Below, piece after piece: positions 49,630 through 59,105 of a stretch of 64,000 nt of DNA. Each line of letters begins with the position of its first letter. Position 1 is the stretch's first letter. The DNA is taken from assembly GCA_025361085.1 (NCBI GenBank), contig JANYAX010000036.1:7208-71207 (forward strand). Reading direction: 5' to 3'. The notes under the pieces were generated by a model. It was not told where the DNA came from, did not search any database, and saw nothing but the letters and a program-made list of their open reading frames with translations. A program made the translations under genes and the position numbers. Origin of the DNA: Candidatus Nomurabacteria bacterium. Lineage in GTDB: Bacteria > Patescibacteriota > Minisyncoccia > Phycocordibacterales > UBA9973.

Positions 49630-49929
49630 ATGGAAAGACCAACAATAAATTTTTCTCTTCCTTTTACAAAAAAGGAAATCATATGCAAAGAATGGCTAAC
49701 AGGTAGAGAGTATGAGAATACTCAAGAGCCATTTTATCAAAATTATAAAACTGGCCAAGAAAATAGGATAGATGTAAAAGGACTAACTCACAAGATGTTG
49801 GAATCTTACATCGTATCTATCGATGGAAAGACGGAAAATATTGTCGATACGATTATAGATCTACCATTCCCAGATTATGATTTCATCATTCAAAAGATAA
49901 ACGAGATTAAAAAAAAAGAATTGATATAG
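49630..49929 (+). CDS. Tail assembly chaperone (gpG-like)
   Basis: Position; ends at an A9 slippery run. Confidence 0.8.
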   Translation: MERPTINFSLPFTKKEIICKEWLTGREYENTQEPFYQNYKTGQENRIDVKGLTHKMLESYIVSIDGKTENIVDTIIDLPFPDYDFIIQKINEIKKKELI

Positions 49930-50063
49930 ATGACATGACGGTTGTGTGCATAAAAATGGGATGGGATTATTTCACTTTTATGGCACAACCTACATGGTTC
50001 GTTGACCAAATCATCCTCTACTATCAAAAAGAGTACGAAGAAATTAAAAAAGCAAATAGATAA
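49909..50063 (+). CDS. -1 frameshift extension of the tail assembly chaperone (gpGT-like)
   Basis: A9 at 49909-49917; the -1 frame is open to TAA 50063 and encodes RIDIDDMTVVCIKMGWDYFTFMAQPTWFVDQII... Confidence 0.8.
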
Positions 50064-50075
50064 ACATATATCATC

Positions 50076-52211
50076 ATGGCACAAGACCTAGAAATTGTAA
50101 TAAAAGCAGTCAATCAATCTAAGGCACAGATTGATGAAGTTACGCGTGGTCTTGATGGAGTAAAATCATCAATGGATAAAGTGAAAGCTTCTTCCGAATC
50201 TCAAGCAACATCAGTTTTCAAAGGTGCTGCCATGTATGATGTATTAAGGCAATCACTTGATGCAGTTGTCGGATTTTTTAAAGAATCAATAACATCTAGT
50301 CTAGAGGCAGACAGAATAATGACTCAAGTTGCAACCAACGTAAAAAACGCTGGATTTTCTTATTCTGAATTAAGTCCAAAAATTGAAGAAGCAAGCAAGA
50401 GGGCTAAACAACTAGGATTCGATGATGAAGATTCTGCTCAAAGTCTTTCAAAACTTCTCCTCGTTACTAAAGATTTTAGCCAAGCACAAGCATTAAATAA
50501 CTTGGCTATGGATCTTGCTCGTAATAAAAATATCGACTTAGATAGTGCGACAAAAATGGTAACACTTGCTACTCAAGGAAATGTTAAAGAACTAAAACTT
50601 CTAGGTATAAATTTGAGCGAAAATGCATCAACTGCAGAGAATATGATAAGCATGCAGAATCAACTAGCAGACTCTGCAACAAACTATTCTAATACAACAG
50701 GCGGACATCTTAAAACAATGGAAATCGCTTGGGATGATTTAAAGAAAAAAATCGGAAACGAGATGATGCCAGAGATGGAAAAAATGTTTAGTCTTATTCT
50801 TGAAAATCAATCAACAATCGAAGCCCTCGCAAATGGTCTTATCTTTTTAGGCAAGAGTGTTGCATATGTAGCAAAAGGATTTGTTGATTTTGGAAAAATA
50901 TTTGCTACTGGTATAAGCTCGGTCGCAGAAAAAGCAACATCTGACTTAAGTACAGTAACATGGGCATTAAATAAAATAGGTCTAGCAAGTGATGATGCTG
51001 TAAAGAAAAATGATGCTCTTGCTCAATCGTGGAAAGATACCACAAAAGAATTAGTGGCTGACACTATGGGAGATAATGAACCTACTCTGGTAAAGGCAAC
51101 TAAACAATCAACAACCGCCTTGAAAGATTTGAGAGATACATCATCTAAGTCGTTGGCGGCTATAAAAAATGCAGCTGATGATCTTCTTAAACTTAAAGAT
51201 TCTGTTGCAAGTGCAAAGCAAGGATATAAAGATTTCAATGCCTCAGTAAATGAAACACTTACAGGGTTAGAAGATAGCCATAGGTCAACTATGGAGACTC
51301 TAAGTAATGATATAAAAAAGGTCAAAGCCAGTATGCAAGATCTTTCTTCAACATATCAGAAAAGTGTCGCTGATATAAATAATTCGTTTAATAGTGTCAG
51401 AGTATCAGATGATAAAAGTATGGCCGAGAAAATAGTGGCCAACGAAGACAAGATAGCAGAACTCCAAAAAGAAAAAGCTGCAGGAGTAACTGCTGACAGA
51501 TTAGCAATACTTCAAAAAGAGTTAGATGGAAGAATGTTGGCAGAAACACAAAATGCTGATTTCATAGCACAATTTGCAACACAAATTGCAGATGTAAAAA
51601 GATTTAATGGTCTTAGTGAATTACAACAAGAGATAGAAAACTATAATCAAAAGAGAGCATTAGCACAGCAAGATTTAAACGAAAAATTATCAAATCTTGC
51701 AATAGAATACAACGCAAAACAAAATGCATTAAAACAAGAACTAGCAGACATAAAGCAGAAACAAAAAGATGAGGATGCTATATATGCAGACAGAAAAGTA
51801 TTTATTTTATCTGAACAAGCAAAGGCATTAGAAGTCAATAAAGCTTTTGCGGCCGCAAATCTAAAAGTAACCGCAGCACAAGTCAAATCAGAGATAGATT
51901 ATTATAACCAACTTGCATCAGCTATTAAGGCTTCAAGAAGTGGGGGACAAAGTAGTTTTTCAAATATTAAAGACAGTGTTAACTCTATTACAGTATCTAT
52001 ACCAAAGTTAGCATCCGGTGGGATTGTAGATAGACCAACACTAGCAATGATCGGAGAAGCAGGGCCAGAGGCAGTCGTACCACTTGGAAAAGGTGGCGGA
52101 TTTGGAGGTGTCACTGTGATTATAAATGGAGGAAATTTCTTGTCAGAGGATGTCGCCACTGATATAGGAGACTTAATCTTTAAAAAATTAAAGCTTTCTA
52201 ATCAATTATGA
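50076..52211 (+). CDS. Tape measure protein
   Basis: 711-aa helical protein; C-terminal IPKLASGGIVDRPTLAMIGEAGPEAVVPL. Confidence 0.92.
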   Translation: MAQDLEIVIKAVNQSKAQIDEVTRGLDGVKSSMDKVKASSESQATSVFKGAAMYDVLRQSLDAVVGFFKESITSSLEADRIMTQVATNVKNAGFSYSELSPKIEEASKRAKQLGFDDEDSAQSLSKLLLVTKDFSQAQALNNLAMDLARNKNIDLDSATKMVTLATQGNVKELKLLGINLSENASTAENMISMQNQLADSATNYSNTTGGHLKTMEIAWDDLKKKIGNEMMPEMEKMFSLILENQSTIEALANGLIFLGKSVAYVAKGFVDFGKIFATGISSVAEKATSDLSTVTWALNKIGLASDDAVKKNDALAQSWKDTTKELVADTMGDNEPTLVKATKQSTTALKDLRDTSSKSLAAIKNAADDLLKLKDSVASAKQGYKDFNASVNETLTGLEDSHRSTMETLSNDIKKVKASMQDLSSTYQKSVADINNSFNSVRVSDDKSMAEKIVANEDKIAELQKEKAAGVTADRLAILQKELDGRMLAETQNADFIAQFATQIADVKRFNGLSELQQEIENYNQKRALAQQDLNEKLSNLAIEYNAKQNALKQELADIKQKQKDEDAIYADRKVFILSEQAKALEVNKAFAAANLKVTAAQVKSEIDYYNQLASAIKASRSGGQSSFSNIKDSVNSITVSIPKLASGGIVDRPTLAMIGEAGPEAVVPLGKGGGFGGVTVIINGGNFLSEDVATDIGDLIFKKLKLSNQL

Positions 52212-53626
52212 TCCTTACAATTAACGGCGTAGACAAAACAGCTTACGTCAAAACAAATTCCATAAACAAAACAGACAACCTAAATTCACAGGTTGATAAT
52301 TTAACTTTTCAGATAGATAACTTTGAGTCGACAGTATACAAACCATCTCTTAACGATGAAGTCATCATCACAAATGGAGCAATAAGAATATTCGGAGGGG
52401 TCATTGTAAAAATAGATGAAAAAATCAGTGCATCTCGTGTCATTAATTACACAATCACTTGCAATGACTATTCTCAATATCTTAAAAAAAGCTTGGTAAC
52501 CAAGCGTTTTACTGGTACAACCTTGGTCGCATTGATTCAATACCTTGTCACAAACTACACGACTGGATTCACTTGTGTAAATATAGCCGGAGATATTACA
52601 GTCACATCCTTTGCTTTTAATCGATTGAATGTCGCTGACTGTTTACAAAAACTCGCAGATGCAATCTCATATGTTTGGTATGTGGACTATAACAAAGACA
52701 TTCACTTCTTCCCACAAAATACAGAATCAGCACCATTTAATTTAAGCGACACATCAAACAATTTTATAACTGATTCACTAACAATAAGTGAAGATCTAAC
52801 ACAAATAAGAAATTCAATTCTAGTGCAAGGTGGGAATGCAATTAGTGCAGCACCAATCACAGAATATATCATCACTGATGGACTAAACAAATCATATCCT
52901 CTTGTGAATAAATTTTCTGATATACCTACAATTATTTTGAATGGAGTCACTCAGGTAGTGGGAGCAGAAAACGTCGAACAAGATTCCGGTCACGATGTGA
53001 TGTGGAACTATACATCAAAATCAATCCGTTTTATTTCATTACCTGCAGGGAGTCTCCAAGTTTCAATTGCAGGATTATATGAATATCCAATTTTGGTCAA
53101 TATTAAAAATCCTTTATCTGTCGGACAATTTGGTAAATATGAATTTGCTATCACTGACAAATCAATAACATCTTCAAATGAGGCCATCGAAAGAGCAAAA
53201 GCAGAACTCAAATCATACCAAAATCAGATATATGACGGCTCATTCAGAACATACACAGATGGACTCCGTTCGGGGATGGTTATAAATATTAACTCTACAA
53301 AAAGAAATAGAAATATAAATGTTTTGATCCAAGCTGTTACTACAACAATGAGAGATCCAACCGGAACAAAGTTTGAATACGCAATAAAATACGCAACATT
53401 AAAATCAATAGGAATCATTCAATACTTGCAGGACCAATTAAGAGATAGAGAAATAATCGCAGATGCAAGTCAGTCACTACTCAACTACATCGAACTTCCA
53501 TCAGATAGTCTCAGTGTAAGCGATAACATGGCCACACCAACAAAAACGAGTGGACCATACAAATGGTCAAATGACGCAGGGTCGACAGTGAACAAATTAA
53601 AGTGGGGGTTGGGAACATGGGCATAA
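52208..53626 (+). CDS. Tail tip / baseplate hub protein
   Basis: Follows the tape measure gene; WYVDYNKDIHFF, IRNSILVQGG hub-like motifs. Confidence 0.75.
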   Translation: MILTINGVDKTAYVKTNSINKTDNLNSQVDNLTFQIDNFESTVYKPSLNDEVIITNGAIRIFGGVIVKIDEKISASRVINYTITCNDYSQYLKKSLVTKRFTGTTLVALIQYLVTNYTTGFTCVNIAGDITVTSFAFNRLNVADCLQKLADAISYVWYVDYNKDIHFFPQNTESAPFNLSDTSNNFITDSLTISEDLTQIRNSILVQGGNAISAAPITEYIITDGLNKSYPLVNKFSDIPTIILNGVTQVVGAENVEQDSGHDVMWNYTSKSIRFISLPAGSLQVSIAGLYEYPILVNIKNPLSVGQFGKYEFAITDKSITSSNEAIERAKAELKSYQNQIYDGSFRTYTDGLRSGMVININSTKRNRNINVLIQAVTTTMRDPTGTKFEYAIKYATLKSIGIIQYLQDQLRDREIIADASQSLLNYIELPSDSLSVSDNMATPTKTSGPYKWSNDAGSTVNKLKWGLGTWA

Positions 53627-54111
53627 AAAATATGAATAAACAAATTAAAAAAGAAATAGGGAGAGACACGATGGACTTAAAAGGAGTCCTTACAATTACC
53701 AAGTTTAAAGATGGCAAAAAGATAAGTGAAGAAAGTCATCATAATTTAGTGATGAGTGGAGCCACCGGATACGGTAAAAATGTGATTCTTAGAAAACTAT
53801 CAAATGATAATACTTATTCTCAATACATTACGACAATGTCACTTGGAGATGGAACAGCAGCACCAACTGAGGCAGATACTGCACTTGGAAATTCACTTGT
53901 TGCAAATATCCCAATCACTACATGGCAAATATCCGGTAATTCTTTAGTTATGAGTATATTCTGTGCCAGTGCAAATTTAGCCAATGGAACTTATAAAGAA
54001 GCGGGATTCTTTACAAGTGATTCAAGAATTTTCTCGCACATTCTCTTTACTGGTAACTATGTCAAGGCTACTGGGGAGGATACATTATTCACTTATACCT
54101 TAAATATTTAA
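53617..54111 (+). CDS. Minor tail/baseplate protein
   Basis: HNLV, LGDGTAAPT..DTAL, YKEAGFF pattern. Confidence 0.7.
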   Translation: MGIKNMNKQIKKEIGRDTMDLKGVLTITKFKDGKKISEESHHNLVMSGATGYGKNVILRKLSNDNTYSQYITTMSLGDGTAAPTEADTALGNSLVANIPITTWQISGNSLVMSIFCASANLANGTYKEAGFFTSDSRIFSHILFTGNYVKATGEDTLFTYTLNI

Positions 54112-54112
54112 T

Positions 54113-55093
54113 ATGATACAACAAGGACAAGATGCAAAGGCATCGGACTTCATAAATAAAACAACAAAAGATGCAACACCTACAAATAATGTGGGCAAGG
54201 TTCCATTACTTGAGAGTAATGGTTTACTTGATGGAGATTTTTTACCAAACAAAGTAATAAAAAAAGTTTATTCTTTTTCATCAGTTGGAGATTCAACAAC
54301 ATCAATCGATGTGACTGTTCCAGTCGCAGGAACTACTCGTTACACATGGAATGGAACTGGAACAAACCCAAACATCAATGCTTCTACATTCCCAGTTGGA
54401 GCGCAAGTTTCTATATACACACCAAACTTCGCAAACCTCGGTGATAATTTTGTCGGAGTTGTGACAGCAAGTGGAGCAAACTATTTTGAAGTAGCAAACG
54501 GAAGTGGAGTTGCAGAAGCAACAAATACTCTTTCGGACGGATATTTGAAAGTCAATAAAAACGTAATTTGGACTAAAACAGCCGGATTGAAGGCTTGTAT
54601 TGTAAAACTAGTAGGAGGTGGAGCAGGTGGAGCTAGATCAAATACTACCTCAAAAGCGTTTGGCGGAGGTGGAGGGTCATATGCTGAAAAAACATTTTTA
54701 GCGTCAGATTTAAATGCAACTGAAACGATTTCTGTTGGTGCTGGAGGGAAAAGAGGTAACTATTCACCAGTAAGTGATGCAGGTGCTGGTGCAACAAGTA
54801 CATTCAAAAGTATATCGGCTGGAGGTGGTAATTTTGTTGTATATTCGTCGGGTGTACCGGGAACTGGAGGGGTTGCAACTGGTGGAGATATAAATATAAA
54901 TGGCGGTACGTCTTTTCCTGCTAAAGGAACCTCAACTGCAGGTGGAAACTCTTTATTTGGCTTCGGTGCACAAAGTAGGTCAGAAAATGCCGGAAATTAT
55001 GGAGGGGGTGGAGCAGGTAGTGATAATGCTTCAACTGGTGACCAAGGATCACACGGAGGAGATGGAGTAATTATTATTGAAGAATTTTATTAA
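54113..55093 (+). CDS. Tail fibre / receptor-binding protein with glycine-rich domain
   Basis: VGGGAGG, GGGGS, GGDGVIIIEE glycine-rich C-terminal domain. Confidence 0.75.
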   Translation: MIQQGQDAKASDFINKTTKDATPTNNVGKVPLLESNGLLDGDFLPNKVIKKVYSFSSVGDSTTSIDVTVPVAGTTRYTWNGTGTNPNINASTFPVGAQVSIYTPNFANLGDNFVGVVTASGANYFEVANGSGVAEATNTLSDGYLKVNKNVIWTKTAGLKACIVKLVGGGAGGARSNTTSKAFGGGGGSYAEKTFLASDLNATETISVGAGGKRGNYSPVSDAGAGATSTFKSISAGGGNFVVYSSGVPGTGGVATGGDININGGTSFPAKGTSTAGGNSLFGFGAQSRSENAGNYGGGGAGSDNASTGDQGSHGGDGVIIIEEFY

Positions 55094-55107
55094 AAAACCA
55101 ATTAATT

Positions 55108-55392
55108 ATGGAGAATCAACAACAAAAAGATCATGACCTACTAATTAAAATAAGCACAGTGCTTGATGGGTTAGTAAATGATGTCAAAGATATTAAAACC
55201 AACACAGTTGGACGTATTGAGGATCTAGAAGTTTCAAGGGCCACAAAAGATGAATTAAAAAATGTTAGTGACAAAGTTGAAAATATAGAAAAAAAACAAG
55301 TTTCAAACGACACATATCTTAAACTTGCTGTCGCTCTTGGAGCATTAATTTTGAGTGTCTTAGTCTGGCACTTAACAGGTTACAAAATATAA
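55108..55392 (+). CDS. Holin-like protein (coiled coil plus C-terminal TM)
   Basis: Architecture and position before the lysin. Confidence 0.6.
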   Translation: MENQQQKDHDLLIKISTVLDGLVNDVKDIKTNTVGRIEDLEVSRATKDELKNVSDKVENIEKKQVSNDTYLKLAVALGALILSVLVWHLTGYKI

Positions 55393-55399
55393 AAAATGT

Positions 55400-56551
55400 A
55401 TGGATACACAATATAAATTAGGAGCAAAAAAAGACCATGACGATTTGAGAAATATTCCTCTTGTTGCGGTACAAGCACCACTTCCAAAAGGATCTATCCC
55501 ATCGAAGTATATGACCGATGTTTCAATGATTCCGATACTCAATCAGAATCAAATCGGTGCATGTGTCGGACACGCAAAAGCAACTGTTCTATGTTATTTA
55601 AACTGGAAAGAGACAGGAAACATCATTTATCTTTCTCCTCGATTCTTGTATGCACTCGCAAAGGCTATCGACAATAATCCAAACGAGGGAACATATCCGG
55701 CTATTGTGGCCAAGATTGCAAAAGATATGGGATGTCCTACAACAAAGACAGTACCAAATGATACGCTTTTATCTCACAAGGACTACATAAATATCACAGT
55801 CACAGATGCAATCAAAGAGGATGCATACCCATTCAGGACTGGAGGATACGCAACTGTGAATGGAGGGATAGCAGACGCTCTTAAAAATGCCATTGTGCAA
55901 AATGGTGTTATTGATGTGACTATCTCAGTTGGAAATTATACAAGTCCAATGAGAAAAGGTACTGATGGACTTCATAGAATCGTCCTTTATGGTTTTGATG
56001 GAGATACTTTTTACTTCATCAATAGTTGGGGAGAATCTTGGGGAGATAAAGGAAAAGGATATTTTTATTTCAAGCAGCAAGAAGTAACAGATGCACTTGC
56101 AACAGTAGATATTCCAAACGAAATATTAAAAAAAGTGCAATCACTTCCTACTGCTGTGCTCACTCGCCAACCATCTACAAAGACAGAGACACTGGGTGAA
56201 ATGGTGGCCACATACAACGGACTATCAAAGACATTTAAAACACTCGAAAGACCAGACTTAGGAAACAAGCCAAACATCTCATGTATTCCAAAAGGAAAAT
56301 ATGTCTGCAAGAGAATCTTCTCATTAAAGTTTTTGGGCTATGTCTATCAATTACAGAACGTCACTGGACGCTCTGGCATTTATATTCATGCCGGTAACTA
56401 TTACAGAGATGTACAAGGATGCATCATCTTGGGTAGTGCTTTCTCTGACATCGATAGAGACGGAAACTTGGATGTGATCAATTCAAAGATCTCATGCAAA
56501 GCGTTGTTTGATTTTTTCAACAATCAATCATTCACGCTCATTATTAAATAG
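55400..56551 (+). CDS. Two-domain lysin: papain-like (C1) peptidase plus DUF5675-like domain
   Basis: QNQIGACVGH, GLHRIVLYG, NSWGESWG; then TLERP, SCIPKGKY, GIYIHAGN, GCIILG. Confidence 0.8.
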   Translation: MDTQYKLGAKKDHDDLRNIPLVAVQAPLPKGSIPSKYMTDVSMIPILNQNQIGACVGHAKATVLCYLNWKETGNIIYLSPRFLYALAKAIDNNPNEGTYPAIVAKIAKDMGCPTTKTVPNDTLLSHKDYINITVTDAIKEDAYPFRTGGYATVNGGIADALKNAIVQNGVIDVTISVGNYTSPMRKGTDGLHRIVLYGFDGDTFYFINSWGESWGDKGKGYFYFKQQEVTDALATVDIPNEILKKVQSLPTAVLTRQPSTKTETLGEMVATYNGLSKTFKTLERPDLGNKPNISCIPKGKYVCKRIFSLKFLGYVYQLQNVTGRSGIYIHAGNYYRDVQGCIILGSAFSDIDRDGNLDVINSKISCKALFDFFNNQSFTLIIK

Positions 56552-56584
56552 GTTCGATTATCAATTTAATACATATAAAAATAT

Positions 56585-56776
56585 ATGAACATCATAAGTA
56601 AATCAGCAAGTAAGTTTGTTTTTGTAACAATGACACTAGCATTAATTGCAGCATTGTTCACAGGTAAAATTTCTGGGGAGCAGTTCATGTCACTAGCAAC
56701 AATGACATTCGCTTTCTATTTTGGGACTCGTGCCAAGAGTGATACACAAGACACGACAACTACGGTGGCGAAGTAA
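56585..56776 (+). CDS. Small two-TM holin
   Basis: 63 aa with two TM segments and FYFG motif, inside the lysis cassette. Confidence 0.7.
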   Translation: MNIISKSASKFVFVTMTLALIAALFTGKISGEQFMSLATMTFAFYFGTRAKSDTQDTTTTVAK

Positions 56777-56810
56777 GCCAACATTTTTGTGGTTTCAAAA
56801 ACCACGCACC

Positions 56811-57302
56811 ATGAAAAAAATATATATAGCAGTCAGCACTTTGTTCATCACAGGAATGATCATCGCATTCTCGGTCCCATCAGTTACTAAAGTTGAAATA
56901 CCATACGACGATAGAGCAGATAGGATTGATTCTTATTTCAAGAGTAAGGGAATGCCACTCGCAGGATACGGTCATGAATTTGTAGAACAAGCGGACAAGA
57001 ACGGAATTGATTGGAGACTATTACCGGCAATATCAATCAAGGAGCAATCCGGTGGTCTACGCAAACCATATAACTGTCCTAACAAGACAATTAATTATAA
57101 CTGGTTTGGATGGGCAAGTGCACGAATATGTTTTCATTCGATAGATGAGGCAATTAAAACAGTCTCGGAAAATCTCGGGGGAAACAATCCAAGAACGCAA
57201 TCATATTATAAAGGTGACACAAGAGAGAAATTGCATTCATACAATGGGACAGTAGATCCAAAGTATCCAAGTGCAGTGATTGAAATTATGGAGAAGTTTT
57301 GA
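56811..57302 (+). CDS. Lysozyme-fold (glucosaminidase-like) hydrolase with N-terminal signal/anchor
   Basis: GIDWRLLPAISIKEQSGG (catalytic Glu), NWFGW, SYN...Y; start at ATG 56811. Confidence 0.75.
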   Translation: MKKIYIAVSTLFITGMIIAFSVPSVTKVEIPYDDRADRIDSYFKSKGMPLAGYGHEFVEQADKNGIDWRLLPAISIKEQSGGLRKPYNCPNKTINYNWFGWASARICFHSIDEAIKTVSENLGGNNPRTQSYYKGDTREKLHSYNGTVDPKYPSAVIEIMEKF

Positions 57303-57335
57303 AAGCAGGTCCGCGGAAATTACGCGGACCAATAT

Positions 57336-57406
57336 CGCGGGTTAGTGTAATGGTCGCACGTTTGGCTCATGCCCAAACGGACTCGGTTCGATTCCGAGGC
57401 CCGCAA
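57336..57406 (+). tRNA. Prophage-encoded tRNA with CAT anticodon (Met/fMet-like)
   Basis: CGCGGGT acceptor, GTGT-AATGGTC-GCAC D arm, TTTGG-CTCATGC-CCAAA anticodon arm, CTCGG-TTCGATT-CCGAG T arm. Confidence 0.88.
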
Positions 57407-57439
57407 CAAGTAATGTTCTTTAAAAGAAAGGAGACCAAT

Positions 57440-57664
57440 ATGGCAAGGAATGATCCGGAACAAGTCACACGCCATCACATCATCCCATCATCTAGGATAC
57501 AAGGAAAACCTATAACTGGGATCTGCAAAGTTAAGCGATGGCTGCATGAACTGTATCACAATCTTTTTGGTAATATGACACCGTACGAAATAGGCCAGTG
57601 GCTCAATGAGACATTTTGGAACTGTGAGTATGAGATCACTATTAGAAGAAAGAGAAATTTTTAA
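57440..57664 (+). CDS. Small HNH-like protein
   Basis: TRHHIIPSSR...HELYHNLFGNMTP; AAGGAG ahead of ATG 57440. Confidence 0.65.
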   Translation: MARNDPEQVTRHHIIPSSRIQGKPITGICKVKRWLHELYHNLFGNMTPYEIGQWLNETFWNCEYEITIRRKRNF

Positions 57665-57688
57665 AAGGGGACTTCGGTCTCCTTTTTC
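57663..57688 (+). terminator. Terminator of the late operon
   Basis: AAAAGGGGAC-TTCG-GTCTCCTTTTT. Confidence 0.85.
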
Positions 57689-57696
57689 TTATGCAC

Positions 57697-57725
57697 TAGA
57701 CAAAATAACAATATTGCTTTATAAT
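57697..57725 (+). promoter_or_regulatory. Sigma70-type promoter of the moron cassette
   Basis: TAGACA-17 bp-TATAAT. Confidence 0.7.
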
Positions 57726-57760
57726 TTCGCTATTAATATATTCAACTAATATTTCAATTT

Positions 57761-58225
57761 ATGAGTGAACAAACAATCAAAAAAGAAAGTGGTCTCACAT
57801 TCAAGAAAGGTTTTTTAAATAGTTTCAGAGGCAGTCTTGTTTTAACATCATCAGAATTATATTTTGAATCAAAAGATAAGAAAGTTTTCAGTGTTTTAAT
57901 CAGTGACATTGAAAATTCTAGAGCTAAAAAGGGAATCGGAAATGGCCTTGATTATTTAGTTATTGAATACAAAGAGGATGGCAAGTCAAAGAAAACAGAA
58001 TTCGAGCACATGGCTTTTGTCAGTGGTCTTGCTATGGGTAATATGTCACAACTCCGAGAGACTTATTTTAAGTCGTGGGAAACAATCATCGAAGAAACAC
58101 GCATGGGCAAAAACAAAAAAGCTAGTGGATTGGATGATATAGAAAAACTCGCAGATCTAAAAGCCAAAGGTCACATTACAGAGGCAGAATACGAAGCAAA
58201 GAAAAAACAAATTTTAGGATTATAA
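57761..58225 (+). CDS. PH-like domain plus SHOCT protein (moron)
   Basis: GSLVLTSSELYF PH/GRAM-like pattern; C-terminal DIEKLADLKAKGHITEAEYEAKKKQIL. Confidence 0.85.
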   Translation: MSEQTIKKESGLTFKKGFLNSFRGSLVLTSSELYFESKDKKVFSVLISDIENSRAKKGIGNGLDYLVIEYKEDGKSKKTEFEHMAFVSGLAMGNMSQLRETYFKSWETIIEETRMGKNKKASGLDDIEKLADLKAKGHITEAEYEAKKKQILGL

Positions 58226-58247
58226 TTTATCATTAATAATTACATAT

Positions 58248-58802
58248 ATGAATGAAAATATAAAAATAAAAAAGTGTCCTCATTGTATAAAAGAAGTAGA
58301 TGTTGAAGCCAGTCGTTGTCCTCATTGTCAGGGTAAAATCTTTGTATGGACTAGGGGAAGAAAAATTCTAGCAGGATTTATTATCTTTACAGTCTTTATT
58401 TTGGTTATTTCTGGTAGCTCAAACAGCAACAAAACACCTACAACATCATCGAATACAACATCAAATACGGTCACAGCGACAGGTCCACAACTTGAACTGC
58501 TTAGCTACAACTGCGACAAAGAATATGGATATTTTACAATTAGCGGACAGGTTAAAAATATAAGTGGTAATTCTTTGAAGAATGTGACGGCCGTTGGATC
58601 TACTTATGCCAAAGACAAAACATTTATAAATTCAGAATCTACTTTGATTGAATACAACCCAATTCTTCCAAATCAAACATCTCCGTTTAAAGTAATGATG
58701 ACAGAGAATCCACAAATGAGTAAGTGTAATGTTGATTTTAAGTATTTGATTGGTGGAAGTATAGAATTTAAAGATAGTAGCAACGTAGTTACTAAAAAAT
58801 AA
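58248..58802 (+). CDS. Zinc-ribbon/TM/FxLYD-like Ig-fold membrane protein (moron)
   Basis: CPHC..CPHC, TM segment, S/T-rich linker, ISGQVKNISG...ILPNQTSPFK. Confidence 0.8.
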   Translation: MNENIKIKKCPHCIKEVDVEASRCPHCQGKIFVWTRGRKILAGFIIFTVFILVISGSSNSNKTPTTSSNTTSNTVTATGPQLELLSYNCDKEYGYFTISGQVKNISGNSLKNVTAVGSTYAKDKTFINSESTLIEYNPILPNQTSPFKVMMTENPQMSKCNVDFKYLIGGSIEFKDSSNVVTKK

Positions 58803-58819
58803 CAACCACCGAAGAGATT

Positions 58820-58850
58820 AAGGCACATTTTTACAAATGTGCTTTTTCTT
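58820..58850 (+). terminator. Terminator of the moron cassette
   Basis: AAGGCACATTT-TTAC-AAATGTGCTTTTTCTT. Confidence 0.75.
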
Positions 58851-58869
58851 TACCTGTTCATAACTTTTA

Positions 58870-58898
58870 TTGACATATTGTCAAGTTAGTTGTATAAC
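58870..58898 (+). promoter_or_regulatory. Integrase promoter with a palindrome over the -35 box
   Basis: TTGACA-17 bp-TATAAC; TTGACA-TAT-TGTCAA inverted repeat. Confidence 0.75.
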
Positions 58899-58931
58899 TC
58901 CCTTGTGAGTCATTAACAACAACTTAATTAA

Positions 58932-59105
58932 AGCCATTGTTCCGAAAGGAATCGTCTGTGAAAACAGATTGATGCTACCAATGTCTTGTGAAAGTATTTA
59001 TATAATCCTTTTTTGGATGTATACTATAACTATCTCTGTCAAGTACAGAGTAGCAATTCCGCAAGGAGTTACGCACAAGTCCATCGAGTAGCATCGATGG
59101 ATTTC
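58932..59105 (+). ncRNA. Multi-branched structured leader RNA of the integrase
   Basis: TTCC-GAAA-GGAA, TCTG/CAGA, GATGCTAC/GTAGCATC, CTTGTG/CACAAG, CTCTGT/ACAGAG, AATTCC-GCAA-GGAGTT; alternative TCCATCGA/TCGATGGA hairpin. Confidence 0.65.

Noticed and set aside
57299-57439. 5' part of ORF 57299-57664 as protein-coding
   Set aside because: It overlaps the tRNA; the real start is probably ATG 57440, which has an AAGGAG upstream.
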